A stretch of DNA of 64,000 nucleotides from Candidatus Latescibacterota bacterium (GCA_965222075.1 OZ244937.1:5088001-5152000); one strand, 5' to 3'. Positions 40,404-50,563 are shown, counted from the first letter of the stretch. Made by a program: numbers and translations. The notes: generated by a model not told the origin, from the letters alone.

Positions 40404-41627
40404 ATGAACGCGGGGGTATGCAGTATCCGTCCCATCGTTTCGCAGGATTTCAACTGGCATGACGCAGGGGAGGGTGGAGCCTATGTTTTCGGGGAGGACG
40501 GGTACCTGACGATGGATGGGTCGCGGGGCAGGGTTGTCTGTTCCAGGCACCTGAGGAACCCGATCCGGAGCAGGGAGGGTGTGGTCGAGTTGAAGTTGCG
40601 GGTGGTGCTGGGAAAACGGTATCACATCCGCTTCTATGACTCCGAAGAACGCCTGGCTGTGGACTGCCAAATCGACGAGGACAGTCGGGTACGGTTCGCC
40701 AGGCAAGGTACCTGCGCGGACTCCGGGAGATTTCTGACGTTTCACTACGGGAAGCCTTATACCGATTCGGGGAACCGCGCACCCTATGTCGTGCCGTCGG
40801 ACGAGCACTGCCTGCGGTTCGAGGGGTTCGATTCCGCGGAAGGAGGCGTGGATTTCGTCCTGGACGGCGCGGAGCCGGTCGCGATGGCCGGGTGTTTGAA
40901 CGGGCTCTCGAAGGAGCTCTCGAAGGTCGAGCTGGTCACGGGAGAGGTAGGTGTTGGGAGCGTGATCCGCCTGCGGGAGTACGTGGAGTACGCCGGGGGC
41001 GTCCCGGTTTACCGGGAGGGCTTCCCGCTGCACTGGAAGCCCGTTTCTGCTCCGCCTGACGGGATGCCGGACGACAATGTCTGTGAGACGCTGATGCGCC
41101 CGACGGACTACCGGTGGCTCGAGACGGCGACACGGTACGGCTATGTCAAAGCCCACATTCCCTGCCTGCCAAAGGGCGCCGTCGCGTTCGAGATGAAGAC
41201 CGCGGATGCCGCACTTGAATCCTGCCTGATCCTGGAGGAGTATCAGGGGGTTATCAAATACGGCAATATCCAGCTCGGGCTGCTCAGAGGAAGGATGATC
41301 GTCTGCACACGGGATGGAGTTCTGAAGTTCGACCAGCCCGTCGAGGCAGCCAGCGGCCGGGTCTACAAGATCCGCGTTGCGTGGGACAGAGACGCCGGGA
41401 CGTTCCGTATCAGGATCGACGGCACACCCATGAGCTGCGGCGGAGTCCGTGAGTTCCCCTTTCCCAACGTGCCGGAAAGAGGGATTGACACGATCACGCT
41501 TCACCCCGGGGACTCGCGAGCGAGGCTGTCCACGATGCAGAAGTGCCAGGGGATAAAGGCTCGCGAAGTTGAACCTCTTCTGACGTATTGGGGGAGGTTC
41601 AGGGTTTACGATCTCGAAGGGCTTTGA
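40404..41627 (+). CDS. Hypothetical protein (probable tandem beta-sandwich domains)
   Basis: Long ORF with host-like codon usage; no family recognised; start uncertain. Confidence 0.6.
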   Translation: MNAGVCSIRPIVSQDFNWHDAGEGGAYVFGEDGYLTMDGSRGRVVCSRHLRNPIRSREGVVELKLRVVLGKRYHIRFYDSEERLAVDCQIDEDSRVRFARQGTCADSGRFLTFHYGKPYTDSGNRAPYVVPSDEHCLRFEGFDSAEGGVDFVLDGAEPVAMAGCLNGLSKELSKVELVTGEVGVGSVIRLREYVEYAGGVPVYREGFPLHWKPVSAPPDGMPDDNVCETLMRPTDYRWLETATRYGYVKAHIPCLPKGAVAFEMKTADAALESCLILEEYQGVIKYGNIQLGLLRGRMIVCTRDGVLKFDQPVEAASGRVYKIRVAWDRDAGTFRIRIDGTPMSCGGVREFPFPNVPERGIDTITLHPGDSRARLSTMQKCQGIKAREVEPLLTYWGRFRVYDLEGL

Positions 41628-41778
41628 ATCTCAGGTAAGCGTTCGCCGCAGAGATGCGGAGGACGCAGAGAAAACCCAAACTGTGCGTTGCAGAAGGCGG
41701 TCGCAGGCGGACCTGATCCGGAGTTGGGGGTCGGGCATCATGGATCGAAAAGACGAATCACGTCACAAGGAGGCGTTT

Positions 41779-42843
41779 ATGAAAAAGCACACTTTTCGCG
41801 GCAGTCCCGCCGAGGTGGGCGGGGCCCAGGGCTCGATGAGCCCGGAAGCAGCCCGGGACTATCTGAAGTTCTGGCAGGCCCGTCCGCACGATTTTGAGAA
41901 TCCGTACTTCCGGAAGAACCTGGCCTTTATGCGGCGGGAGTTTCCGGATCTGATCGAGCAGATCGAGGCGTTTGGCGAGGCGGCCGGAATGGATAGTTTC
42001 GAGCATGCGTACTACAGCCATGTGCTGTGGGCGGGACCCATGGAGGAGGCCTGTTCGACCCTGGGAATCCTGCTGGAAGAGGACGGACCGGCTATGTTGT
42101 CGACCAACGATGGGGGTACGGATACGGTGCCGGGGACGGTTTCCAATACCGTTGTCTCGATATTTCCTGACACAAAACCGCACGGCATGATGGGGTTGGG
42201 CACTCAACGACAGGTCACCCTGGGGATGGCCGTAAACGATTCGGGACTGGCCGTCGGGGCCAATTCGGGGCATCGGAAGTTCAATTACGTATCCAATCCC
42301 GAATGCGTGAACCTCTATTTCGTCGTCCACCTGCTGGCGCAGCACTGCGGCGATTGTGACGATGTCCGCCATTTTGTGGAACAGTATCGCATTTCGGGGC
42401 AGAAGGGGATGAATCTGGTCACGGTTGACGCCGCGGGAAACATCCTGGGCCTGGAGCTGGAGTCGGAGAATGTCGCCATTTCAGAGGCGCAGGACGGGAT
42501 GCTTCTGGAGGTCAATCACTGGCAGCATCCCAAACTCCGGAATCCATCCCGGGCTGCGAATCCCGATTTCTGGGACGGGTCCTACTACTATAATTCCCAG
42601 GCGCGGGTCATGTATTTTGCGCACTACCGAAATGTGTTCGCACGAATGAAGACCATGCAGGACCTGGTTGATTTTTCGTTCGACGTCCACGCGCCGGGGC
42701 GTATCCTGCAGATGCTGGATCTGAACGTGGGGAATCTGATCTCGTGCCAGGTGATGTTCGCGACCGTGAGGGACCGAAGCATGAGGCTGTACCTGCATCC
42801 GATAGAGAAAGATGATTACGAGGAGTTCCGGTATCCACAGTGA
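41779..42843 (+). CDS. C45 family peptidase/acyltransferase (paralog of 34515-35582)
   Basis: EACS, AVNDSGL, SGHRKFN, FSFDVHAPGRILQ shared with the paralog; AAGGAGG RBS. Confidence 0.7.
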   Translation: MKKHTFRGSPAEVGGAQGSMSPEAARDYLKFWQARPHDFENPYFRKNLAFMRREFPDLIEQIEAFGEAAGMDSFEHAYYSHVLWAGPMEEACSTLGILLEEDGPAMLSTNDGGTDTVPGTVSNTVVSIFPDTKPHGMMGLGTQRQVTLGMAVNDSGLAVGANSGHRKFNYVSNPECVNLYFVVHLLAQHCGDCDDVRHFVEQYRISGQKGMNLVTVDAAGNILGLELESENVAISEAQDGMLLEVNHWQHPKLRNPSRAANPDFWDGSYYYNSQARVMYFAHYRNVFARMKTMQDLVDFSFDVHAPGRILQMLDLNVGNLISCQVMFATVRDRSMRLYLHPIEKDDYEEFRYPQ

Positions 42844-42911
42844 TGTTCCGGTTGATACGAGATGACGAAACATCCGGCCCAGTTGCTGCGGACCGATCCG
42901 TGCCTGGGCTT

Positions 42912-43319
42912 TCAGACAAACGGATCAACGAGTTCTACACCGCTGGCTTCGAAATCGCGACGGTTTCGGGTTGCCAGCGGTAATCCGTGAGTCAGGGCGG
43001 TGGCGGCGATGAGGCTGTCCTTGGTCGGCATCGGTTTTCCGAGAGAACGGAGACGCGCCAGCAGTTCGGCCCAGCGCAATCCCGTCTCGACATCCCACGG
43101 AATACAGTGAATGCGACGGGCGACCTCGTCGAACCAGCGTTCGAGCGCGCGACGCCGGTGCCCGGGTGGCAGCAGAAGGATCCCGAAGCGGATTTCTCCC
43201 AGGATCACGGGATCGATGGCCAGGTCGCGTTCGGTACGCGCCAGCCACTCGATCACCCTCGGATCCGGGCTCGGCTGGGTCGCCTCGCACAGGACGTTGG
43301 CATCCACGAGACACATCAT
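42912..43319 (-). CDS. vapC: VapC/PIN-domain toxin
   Basis: LVDANV, GEI..G, DSLIAATA, TRN..DF; ATGA overlap with the antitoxin stop. Confidence 0.9.
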   Translation of the reverse strand: MMCLVDANVLCEATQPSPDPRVIEWLARTERDLAIDPVILGEIRFGILLLPPGHRRRALERWFDEVARRIHCIPWDVETGLRWAELLARLRSLGKPMPTKDSLIAATALTHGLPLATRNRRDFEASGVELVDPFV

Positions 43320-43558
43320 GGTGGCCATCCGAGGGAGTCGGTAGACTCCGATTTGATCGGCACGAACCAGCCCTTCACAGGACACGCGAGGAGCGTATCC
43401 ACCAGCCCCTGGTTCTTCGGGGGGTCGGCAACGACCAGGCGATATTCGCCTCTGTCCACCCGTTCTATATCAAACGATTGGCCAGGTTCAATTTTGTCCT
43501 GATGGCGAAACGCGGCCGGGATGACAATCTGACCCTTGGATGAGAGGACTGTTTTCAT
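43316..43558 (-). CDS. vapB: AbrB/MazE-fold antitoxin (VapB)
   Basis: LSSKGQIVIPAAFR motif; upstream of the PIN gene. Confidence 0.88.
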   Translation of the reverse strand: MKTVLSSKGQIVIPAAFRHQDKIEPGQSFDIERVDRGEYRLVVADPPKNQGLVDTLLACPVKGWFVPIKSESTDSLGWPP

Positions 43559-43588
43559 GGGGAAGTAAGATAACGTCTTACTTCGGGA

Positions 43589-43834
43589 TTGTCAATACCC
43601 GATTTGCATGGTCGGCCCCGGGGGCCTGATGCGCCACGGCAGGCAACCGTCGCGAGCGTGGCGCGCCAGGCGTTCGAGCGTCTTGATGCCGACGGCGTGA
43701 TTGACCTGCAACGGGACGGCAGGGCGACGGACGGCCACTATCGGATCGAACTTGCCTCTCTGCCACACCGTGCAAAGGCCGGAGATTACATCGTGATGGC
43801 GCTGAGAGCCTTCATGGAGGAGGAGATGAAATGA
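43589..43834 (+). pseudogene. Orphan 3' gene fragment coupled to hsdM
   Basis: No convincing start; stop overlaps hsdM ATG (ATGA) and it supplies the GGAGGAG RBS. Confidence 0.4.
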
Positions 43835-46023
43835 GTCCTGACGCAACCGGGTCCAGGGGCAGCAATCCGGACCGGGTCCCGCCGGCAAGTGGCCGTGGAG
43901 CGGGTGTGAGCAGCCTGAACATCAGCAACTTCATCTGGAGTATCGCCGATGACGTGCTGCGGGACGTCTATGTGCGGGGCAAGTACCGGGATGTTATCCT
44001 GCCGATGACGGTTATCCGTCGCCTGGATGCGGTTCTGGAGCCAACGAAAGACGCGGTCCTCCAGATGAAGACCCAGTTGGACGGGGCGGGCGTGACCAAC
44101 CAGGATGCGGCGCTGCGCCAGGCATCCGGCGAGGCCTTCTACAACGCCTCGCCTTTCCGGCTGCGCGATCTGACCTCCCGTGCCAGGCAACAACAGTTGA
44201 GGGCCGACTTCGAGGCGTATCTCGACGGTTTCTCACCCAACGTTCAGGAGGTGCTGGAGAAGTTCAAGTTTCGCAATCAGATTCCGACGCTGGTCGATGC
44301 GGATGTGCTCGGGTTCCTGCTGGAGAAGTTCCTGGACCGCTCGGTCAACCTCAGCCCCAAACCCGTGTTGAATGCAGACGGGTCCGTGCGTGTGGAGGGT
44401 CTGGACAACCATGGGATGGGTACGGTCTTCGAAGAGCTGATTCGGCGTTTCAACGAGGAAAACAACGAGGAGGCCGGCGAGCATTTCACGCCGCGCGACG
44501 TCGTGCAGCTGATGGCGCGGCTGATTTTCATGCCGGTTGCCGATGAGGTCCGGTCGGGCACCTACCTGGTGTACGACGGCGCTTGTGGCACCGGCGGGAT
44601 GCTGACGGTGGCCGAAGAGACGCTGACCCAACTCGCCACCGAACACGGCAAGGAGGTCGCGGTCCACCTGTACGGCCAGGAGGTCAACCCTGAGACCTAC
44701 GCCATCAGCAAGGCCGACCTTATCCTCAAGGGCGAGGGCGTGGAAGCCGACAATATTCAGTACGGCTCGACCCTCTCCGCCGATGCCTTCCCGTCCCGCG
44801 AGTTCGATTTCATGCTCTCCAATCCGCCTTATGGCAAGAGCTGGAAGAGCGACCTGGAACGCATGGGCGGTAAGAGAGAGATGCGCGACCCGCGCTTTCT
44901 GATCGAGCACGATGGCGAGCCAGAGTACTCGCTGGTCACCCGTTCCAGCGACGGCCAGATGCTGTTTCTGGCCAATATGTTGAGCAAGATGAAGCAGGAT
45001 ACGCCGCTGGGCAGCCGCATCGCGGAGGTCCACAACGGCAGTTCGCTGTTCACGGGCGACGCCGGGCAGGGCGAGAGCAATATCCGGCGCTGGATTATCG
45101 AGAGCGACTATCTGGAGGCGATTGTGGCGCTGCCGCTCAATATGTTCTACAATACCGGCATTGCGACTTATATCTGGGTGTTGACGAATCGCAAACCGGC
45201 GCATCGCCGGGGCAAGGTGCAGCTCATCGACGCCACGCAGTGGTCCAGGCCGCTGCGCAAGAATCTCGGCAATAAGAACTGCGAGCTGTCGGACGAGGAT
45301 GTCCGGCGTATCTGCGATACTTTCCTCGCGTTTGAGGAGAGCGAGCAGTCGAAGATTTTCCCCAACGAGGCGTTCGGGTATTGGAAGGTCACGGTCGAGC
45401 GACCGTTGCGGCTCACCGTCGATTTGTCACCGGACCGTCGCGAGGGATTCCGAGCCGCCTGTTGTGAGGCAAAGGAAGAGCCGCTTGCGGACGCTATTGA
45501 TCGGGTGGCGACAGTGCTGGGCGCCGGGCCTCACCGCGACTTCAACCGATTCATGGAAGCCGTTGTGGCGAATGCCTCCGCGCATGGCGTCAAGTTGACG
45601 GCCAGGCGGAAGAACCTGCTGCAGATGGCGCTGGCATCCCGCGACGAGGCCGCTGAGCCAGTCATCAAGAAGAGCCACCGGCCGGACGCGGTGGAACCGG
45701 ACCCGATCCGCGGTCTGGCCGAAGCTACTGTGGATGGCGAGCGCCGCGTCATCGAATACGAGCCTGACGGTGAGTTGCGCGATACCGAGCAGGTGCCGCT
45801 GCTCGACGAGGGCGGTATCGAGGGTTTTCTGCGCCGCGAGGTGCTGCCCTATGCCGCCGATGCGTGGTACGACCCGGGCAGCGTCAGGGTGGGGTACGAG
45901 GTCAGTTTCACGCGCTATTTTTACAAGCCGCAGCCGCTGCGCTCGCTGGCGGAGATCCGGGCCGATATTCTGGCGGTGGAGCAGGAGACGGAGGGGTTGC
46001 TGGGGGAGATTATCGGCGGGTAG
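43831..46023 (+). CDS. hsdM: Type I restriction-modification methyltransferase subunit
   Basis: NFIWSIADD, AGEHFTPRDVV, YDGACGTGGML, GQE, NPPY, FYNTGI, GYEVSFTRYFY. Confidence 0.95.
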   Translation: MSPDATGSRGSNPDRVPPASGRGAGVSSLNISNFIWSIADDVLRDVYVRGKYRDVILPMTVIRRLDAVLEPTKDAVLQMKTQLDGAGVTNQDAALRQASGEAFYNASPFRLRDLTSRARQQQLRADFEAYLDGFSPNVQEVLEKFKFRNQIPTLVDADVLGFLLEKFLDRSVNLSPKPVLNADGSVRVEGLDNHGMGTVFEELIRRFNEENNEEAGEHFTPRDVVQLMARLIFMPVADEVRSGTYLVYDGACGTGGMLTVAEETLTQLATEHGKEVAVHLYGQEVNPETYAISKADLILKGEGVEADNIQYGSTLSADAFPSREFDFMLSNPPYGKSWKSDLERMGGKREMRDPRFLIEHDGEPEYSLVTRSSDGQMLFLANMLSKMKQDTPLGSRIAEVHNGSSLFTGDAGQGESNIRRWIIESDYLEAIVALPLNMFYNTGIATYIWVLTNRKPAHRRGKVQLIDATQWSRPLRKNLGNKNCELSDEDVRRICDTFLAFEESEQSKIFPNEAFGYWKVTVERPLRLTVDLSPDRREGFRAACCEAKEEPLADAIDRVATVLGAGPHRDFNRFMEAVVANASAHGVKLTARRKNLLQMALASRDEAAEPVIKKSHRPDAVEPDPIRGLAEATVDGERRVIEYEPDGELRDTEQVPLLDEGGIEGFLRREVLPYAADAWYDPGSVRVGYEVSFTRYFYKPQPLRSLAEIRADILAVEQETEGLLGEIIGG

Positions 46024-46165
46024 CGCTAAGGGGCGTTTTTATTGAACGCAGCCCCTTTACAAGGACAGGGTTCTTTCCCATATTAAACACAGCCTTTAAC
46101 AAGGCCGCAGTCATGTGCTATGGTGAACACAGGCTTTACTATGAGCCCGATAACCGCACATACGA

Positions 46166-46335
46166 AGGTGTTGCCCTGCGCACCGGACGCCTGGTATGAC
46201 CCGGGCAGCGTCAGGGTGGGGTACGAGGTCAGTTTCACGCGCTATTTTTACAAGCCGCAGCCGCTGCGCTCGCTGGCGGAGATCCGGGCCGATATTCTGG
46301 CGCTGGAGCAGAAAACGGAAGGGTCGCTGGATGAG
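46166..46335 (+). repeat. hsdM 3'-end copy 2
   Basis: 46198-46302 reads identical to hsdM 45871-45975; flanks diverged. Confidence 0.92.
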
Positions 46336-46422
46336 TCTTAACATCAACACCGAGAGGTGTGAGAGCTTCCAGTTGAGGACGATCTGAAAGAGTGCTTCGA
46401 TGGTTGTGATAGAGAGGAGAAA

Positions 46423-46650
46423 ATGATGATGTCTACCATGTCCGAGATCATTTTTGAGGTCACTGAGGACGAAGTCGACGGCGGGTACTCAGCAAATGCG
46501 CTGGGGTATGGTATCCACACAGAAGGTGAGACGCTCGAAGAGCTTCGCCGGAATGTGAAAGAAGCCGTCGAGTGCTACTTTGATGAGACAATGATTCGAC
46601 CCGGGTTGATTCGTCTTCACTTCGTCCGCGATGAAGTCCTTGCGCTATGA
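46423..46650 (+). CDS. hicB: HicB-like antitoxin
   Basis: DGGYSA...IHTEGETLEEL..NVKEAV partial RNase H fold; adjacent to hicA. Confidence 0.75.
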   Translation: MMMSTMSEIIFEVTEDEVDGGYSANALGYGIHTEGETLEELRRNVKEAVECYFDETMIRPGLIRLHFVRDEVLAL

Positions 46651-46889
46651 AACTGCCGCGTAATTTGAGTGGGGCTGATTTACAGAAATCGCTTCGGCGT
46701 TTTGGTTATGAGCCCACCAGACAGCGCGGTTCGCACGTACGGATAACCACACAGATCAACGGTGAACATCATGAAGTTATCCCTCAGCATAATCCCATCA
46801 GGACAAAAACACTGTCGAGCATTTTGAAAAGCATCGCGTCGCATCATGGCTTGAGTGTCGAAGCACTGCTCAATGAACTTGGTTTGTAG
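46647..46889 (+). CDS. hicA: HicA family toxin
   Basis: L..FGY...RQRGSH...IPQH...TL.SIL. Confidence 0.9.
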   Translation: MKLPRNLSGADLQKSLRRFGYEPTRQRGSHVRITTQINGEHHEVIPQHNPIRTKTLSSILKSIASHHGLSVEALLNELGL

Positions 46890-46930
46890 ATCCCGTTCGA
46901 GCTACTCTGCTCCGTGCTTGTGCTGCACAA

Positions 46931-47217
46931 GGTCAACCGCCAACCTCCCCCTCTACCTCGCCTACGGGCCCTCCGGCGTCGAGTGGCTGGGCGAAGGCCG
47001 CATTGAGGGTTTCCTGCGCCGCGAGGTGCTGCCCTATGCCGCCGATGCCTGGTACGACCCGGGTAGCGTCAGGACCGGGTACGAGATCAGCTTCACGCGG
47101 TACTTTTACAAACCGCAGCCGCTGCGCTCGCTGGCGGAGATCCAGGCCGATATTCTGGCGCTGGAGCGGGAGACCGAGAGGCTGTTGGGGGAGATTGTCG
47201 GGGACGGCGGGTTGTGA
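46931..47217 (+). repeat. Chimeric remnant: hsdS 5' end fused in frame to hsdM 3' end (copy 3)
   Basis: NLPLYLAYGPSGVEWLGE (cf. HsdS NLKPYSSYKPSGIPWLGD) joined to IEGFLRREVLPYAADAWYDPGSV...LLGEI. Confidence 0.9.
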
Positions 47218-47292
47218 ACGCATGGCTGTTTGCGATGTGCGCCATGCCATTTGCTTCGTTATTATTCTTGCGCTTATCCCTACATTATTGTA

Positions 47293-47313
47293 ATTTAACT
47301 CTGAAAGTTAAAT
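47293..47313. promoter_or_regulatory. Inverted repeat upstream of fic (putative operator)
   Basis: Perfect ATTTAACT-N5-AGTTAAAT in an AT-rich leader. Confidence 0.5.
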
Positions 47314-47358
47314 AGTAAATTTTGTTATTGCACAATCGTGAATAAGGATCCGTCCGTC

Positions 47359-48519
47359 ATGCGGCGCGGAGAAATCGGTAGCTACGAGGTTACGAGCATC
47401 GGCGGTGAACGCGTTCGCGCCTTTGTGCCAGCACCGTTGCCGCCGCAACCCGCCCTGATTCTGGACGGCTCGCTGCAACAGGTGCTGGAATCGGCGGTGC
47501 TTGCCCTGGGCCGCCTTGACGGCGTCTCGACGCTTCTGCCGGACGAGGCGCTTTTTCTGTATGCCTACGTGCGCAAGGAAGCGGTGCTTTCCTCCCAGAT
47601 CGAGGGGACGCAGTCTTCGTTGTCTGATCTCTTGCTCTTTGAACTTAAGGAAGCGCCCGGGGCTCCGCTTGACGACGTGCGCCAGGTTTCGAACTATGTG
47701 GACGCGCTCAACCACGGTTTGCGTCGCCTGCGGGAGGGTTTCCCGCTGTCGAATCGCCTGATCCGCGAGATACACGGCGTGCTGTTGTCGGGCGGCCGGG
47801 ACAGTGTCAAGACGCCCGGTGAATTTCGGCGCTCGCAGAACTGGATTGGAGGAACCCGGCCCGGCAATGCCGTTTTTGTACCGCCGCCGCACACTGCTGT
47901 GCCCGAATGCATGGCGGCGTTTGAGCGATTTCTCCACGCCGAGGATATGCCCGTGCTGCTGCGGGCGGGGCTCGCGCACGTGCAGTTCGAGACGATTCAC
48001 CCCTTCCTTGACGGCAATGGGCGCGTGGGTCGGTTGCTCATTACGCTGCTGCTGTGCGACGCCGACGTGCTGCGCCAGCCGCTCCTGTATCTGAGCCTGT
48101 ACTTCAAGCAACACAGGAACACCTACTACGATTTGCTGAATCATGTGCGTTGTACCGGCGAGTGGGAAGCGTGGCTCGCCTTCTTTCTGGAAGGGGTGAG
48201 ACTGACAGCCGAGGGCGCGGTTTTGACCGCCCGGCGCCTCTCCCGGATGTTTGAGGATGACCGGAACCGGGTCGAGGCGGCCGCGGGCCGCAGGACCGGG
48301 TCGGTGCTGCGCGTACACGAGGCCCTCAAGTCGCAGCCGATTCTATCGCTGCCCGCGGCGTGCCGTGGTACCAAACTGTCCTTTCAGGCAGCCGCGTCGG
48401 CCATGGAACTGCTCGTCACGCAGGGGATTGCGCGGGAGATCACCGGGAAGCGGCGTAACCGGCTGTTCGTTTATGACCGGTATCTTTCCGTTCTGAACGA
48501 GGGAGCCGAGGCGCCGTGA
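47359..48519 (+). CDS. Fic family protein with C-terminal HTH
   Basis: Canonical HPFLDGNGRVGR; N-terminal SSQIEG inhibitory-helix-type motif; C-terminal EITGKRRNR. Confidence 0.93.
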   Translation: MRRGEIGSYEVTSIGGERVRAFVPAPLPPQPALILDGSLQQVLESAVLALGRLDGVSTLLPDEALFLYAYVRKEAVLSSQIEGTQSSLSDLLLFELKEAPGAPLDDVRQVSNYVDALNHGLRRLREGFPLSNRLIREIHGVLLSGGRDSVKTPGEFRRSQNWIGGTRPGNAVFVPPPHTAVPECMAAFERFLHAEDMPVLLRAGLAHVQFETIHPFLDGNGRVGRLLITLLLCDADVLRQPLLYLSLYFKQHRNTYYDLLNHVRCTGEWEAWLAFFLEGVRLTAEGAVLTARRLSRMFEDDRNRVEAAAGRRTGSVLRVHEALKSQPILSLPAACRGTKLSFQAAASAMELLVTQGIAREITGKRRNRLFVYDRYLSVLNEGAEAP

Positions 48520-48643
48520 TGTCGGGCCGCTTTGCGTGGCTGTCGCCCCTGGCGTCAAGCGATTTTCGAGGGCGAGACGCCCTCGTTCTCAGGTTCTTTG
48601 ATCCGCAAACCCGGAATTTTGAGACAGCTTCTGAGGAATTTAG

Positions 48644-48967
48644 ATGGCAATGAAAAACTTAGATCAACATATTGAGATTACCCCTGGTATATCAGGTGGA
48701 AAGCCCCGTATTGCCGGACATCGAATTACAGTGGAAAACATCGTCATCTGGCATGAGCACATGGGCAAGAGTGCGGATGAAATAGCCACTGAATACGATT
48801 TGACACTGGCGGATGTGTATGCGGCATTGGCCTACTATTTCGATCACCGCGCTGAGATCAACCAATCGCTGGAAGAGCGTAAAGTATTTGTAAAAACTCT
48901 ACGCCAGCAGACTTTTTCAAAGCTTTCTGCAAAGCTTCAAGAAAAGACGCAACGTGGCGAAGATTAA
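48644..48967 (+). CDS. DUF433 family antitoxin (copy 1)
   Basis: ITPGISGGKPRIAGHRITV...LTLADVYAALAYY. Confidence 0.9.
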   Translation: MAMKNLDQHIEITPGISGGKPRIAGHRITVENIVIWHEHMGKSADEIATEYDLTLADVYAALAYYFDHRAEINQSLEERKVFVKTLRQQTFSKLSAKLQEKTQRGED

Positions 48968-49283
48968 GTTCTACACGGATGAGCATGTCTCAAAAGCCGT
49001 GGTGATGGGCCTCCGCCGAAGGGGCGTGGATGTATTGACTGTTCCAGAAACGGGGACACTGGGAGTATCTGACGAAGCACATTTGAGAAGGGCGCGGGAA
49101 GAGGGACGCGTCATCTTTACTCAGGATGATGATTTTCTGCGCTTGGCCGCAGCAGGTGCAGACCATGCAGGGATTGTTTATACAACGCAAGAAACTACGA
49201 CCGGCGAGATCATTTCTGGTTTGATGTTGATCCATTGGGTATTGGAAGCGGACGAGATGATGGGGCATGTAGAGTATCTTTGA
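48954..49283 (+). CDS. DUF5615 family PIN-like toxin
   Basis: FYTDEHV, SDEAHL, IFTQDDDF, HAGI. Confidence 0.88.
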   Translation: MAKIKFYTDEHVSKAVVMGLRRRGVDVLTVPETGTLGVSDEAHLRRAREEGRVIFTQDDDFLRLAAAGADHAGIVYTTQETTTGEIISGLMLIHWVLEADEMMGHVEYL

Positions 49284-49334
49284 GACCTGAGAGTTGAATT
49301 CAGCGGCGAAGCGGTCCGCAACGTCGCTCGAACA

Positions 49335-49718
49335 TTGATCTGGGGGATGCGACCTCTGGGACAATCGGAAATGCTAAACCGGAACTTGAAAGCGGCCGAA
49401 GCTCTTCGCCCGGGCCAGGAAATGGACCCTGATGGCATCGCGGTGCCTGAGCTGGAGAAGGGCGAGGCATACTTCCACAAGGAAAGAGAAGCATTGCGCG
49501 ATGTCCGGGACGCCTTGCAGCGGACAGGTGGCGCAGAAGCACACGGAGTTGAGGTCTTCGAGGAATTGGACCGCCTGGACAAGCTGTTTAAGTATCTCAT
49601 TGGGTCGTTCCAAGAGCTTCGATGGACCATAATGATCAACGACGGGTCGCTCACTCCGAGCACAGGAGGAACATGCGCCAGCGGAGCAGAGTTTATGGCG
49701 TCTATGGAAAATCTATAG
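49335..49718 (+). CDS. Hypothetical helical protein
   Basis: ORF between TA modules; no family recognised; start uncertain. Confidence 0.45.
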   Translation: MIWGMRPLGQSEMLNRNLKAAEALRPGQEMDPDGIAVPELEKGEAYFHKEREALRDVRDALQRTGGAEAHGVEVFEELDRLDKLFKYLIGSFQELRWTIMINDGSLTPSTGGTCASGAEFMASMENL

Positions 49719-49848
49719 GACATGTGCCCGAGACAGATGCGAATTACCGGGTTCGTAACGCCGAGCCGCAGGTTCGCCAGAATGGTCAAGCGTGCGGATG
49801 GCTTTCTGCAAAAGCCTCAAGACACAAAGTCTTCAGCAGGAGAATACG

Positions 49849-50128
49849 ATGATGCGACCCATCGCGGTGGAAGCGCGAGACGGCTACCGCATCTGGCTGC
49901 GCTATTCGGATGGTGCCGCCGGTGAGGTAGATCTGTCGCATCTGGCCGGGCGCGGCGTATTCGCGGCCTGGGGCGACCGTACTTTCTTCGAGGCCGTGCG
50001 ACTTGAGGATCATGGTACCATAGCTTGGGGTGAGGGAGCTTTGCCCCGATGCCCTTTATATGCAGCTTGTCGGCAAGTCTGTTGCGGAAGTGATGCCGGG
50101 TGTCCAGATTCCGGTTGAAAATGCCTGA
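49849..50128 (+). pseudogene. DUF2442 family protein, frameshifted near 50030
   Basis: YRIWLRYSDG..GEVDL....GRGVF...TIAW; continuation ELCPDALY lies in another frame. Confidence 0.75.
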
Positions 50129-50267
50129 AATCTGTCGGTTTTACGGGATTGTCATTCGAATGTATTTCAACGACCACGCGCCGGCACATTTCCACACACA
50201 ACGCCTGGAATCGCCCGGCAAGATCGCCCCACTGGAAAGTCGAATAGAGGAATTTAGATGGCAATGA
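50121..50267 (+). pseudogene. DUF4160 family protein, internally deleted
   Basis: MPEICRFYGIVIRMYFNDHAPAHFH joined directly to a C-terminal-like KIAPLE. Confidence 0.8.
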
Positions 50268-50563
50268 AAAACTTAGATCAACATATTGAGATTACCCCTG
50301 GTGTATCAGGTGGAAAGCCTCGTATTGCCGGACATCGAATTACAGTGGAAAACATCGTCATCTGGCATGAGCACATGGGCAAGAGTGCGGATGAAATAGC
50401 CACTGAATACGATTTGACACTGGCGGATGTGTATGCGGCATTGGCCTACTATTTCGATCACCGCGCTGAGATCAACCGATCGCTGGAAGAGCGTAAAGTA
50501 TTTGTAAAAACCCTACGCCAGCAGACCTTTTCAAAGGCGACTTGGAAAAATCTGGATCGATAA
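50258..50563 (+). CDS. DUF433 family antitoxin (copy 2, no cognate toxin)
   Basis: 50247-50536 nearly identical to 48633-48922. Confidence 0.85.
   Translation: MAMKNLDQHIEITPGVSGGKPRIAGHRITVENIVIWHEHMGKSADEIATEYDLTLADVYAALAYYFDHRAEINRSLEERKVFVKTLRQQTFSKATWKNLDR

Noticed and set aside
49722-49800. Possible RelE-like toxin N-terminal remnant (…PSRRFARMVKR)
   Set aside because: Too short and too weakly similar to support a call.
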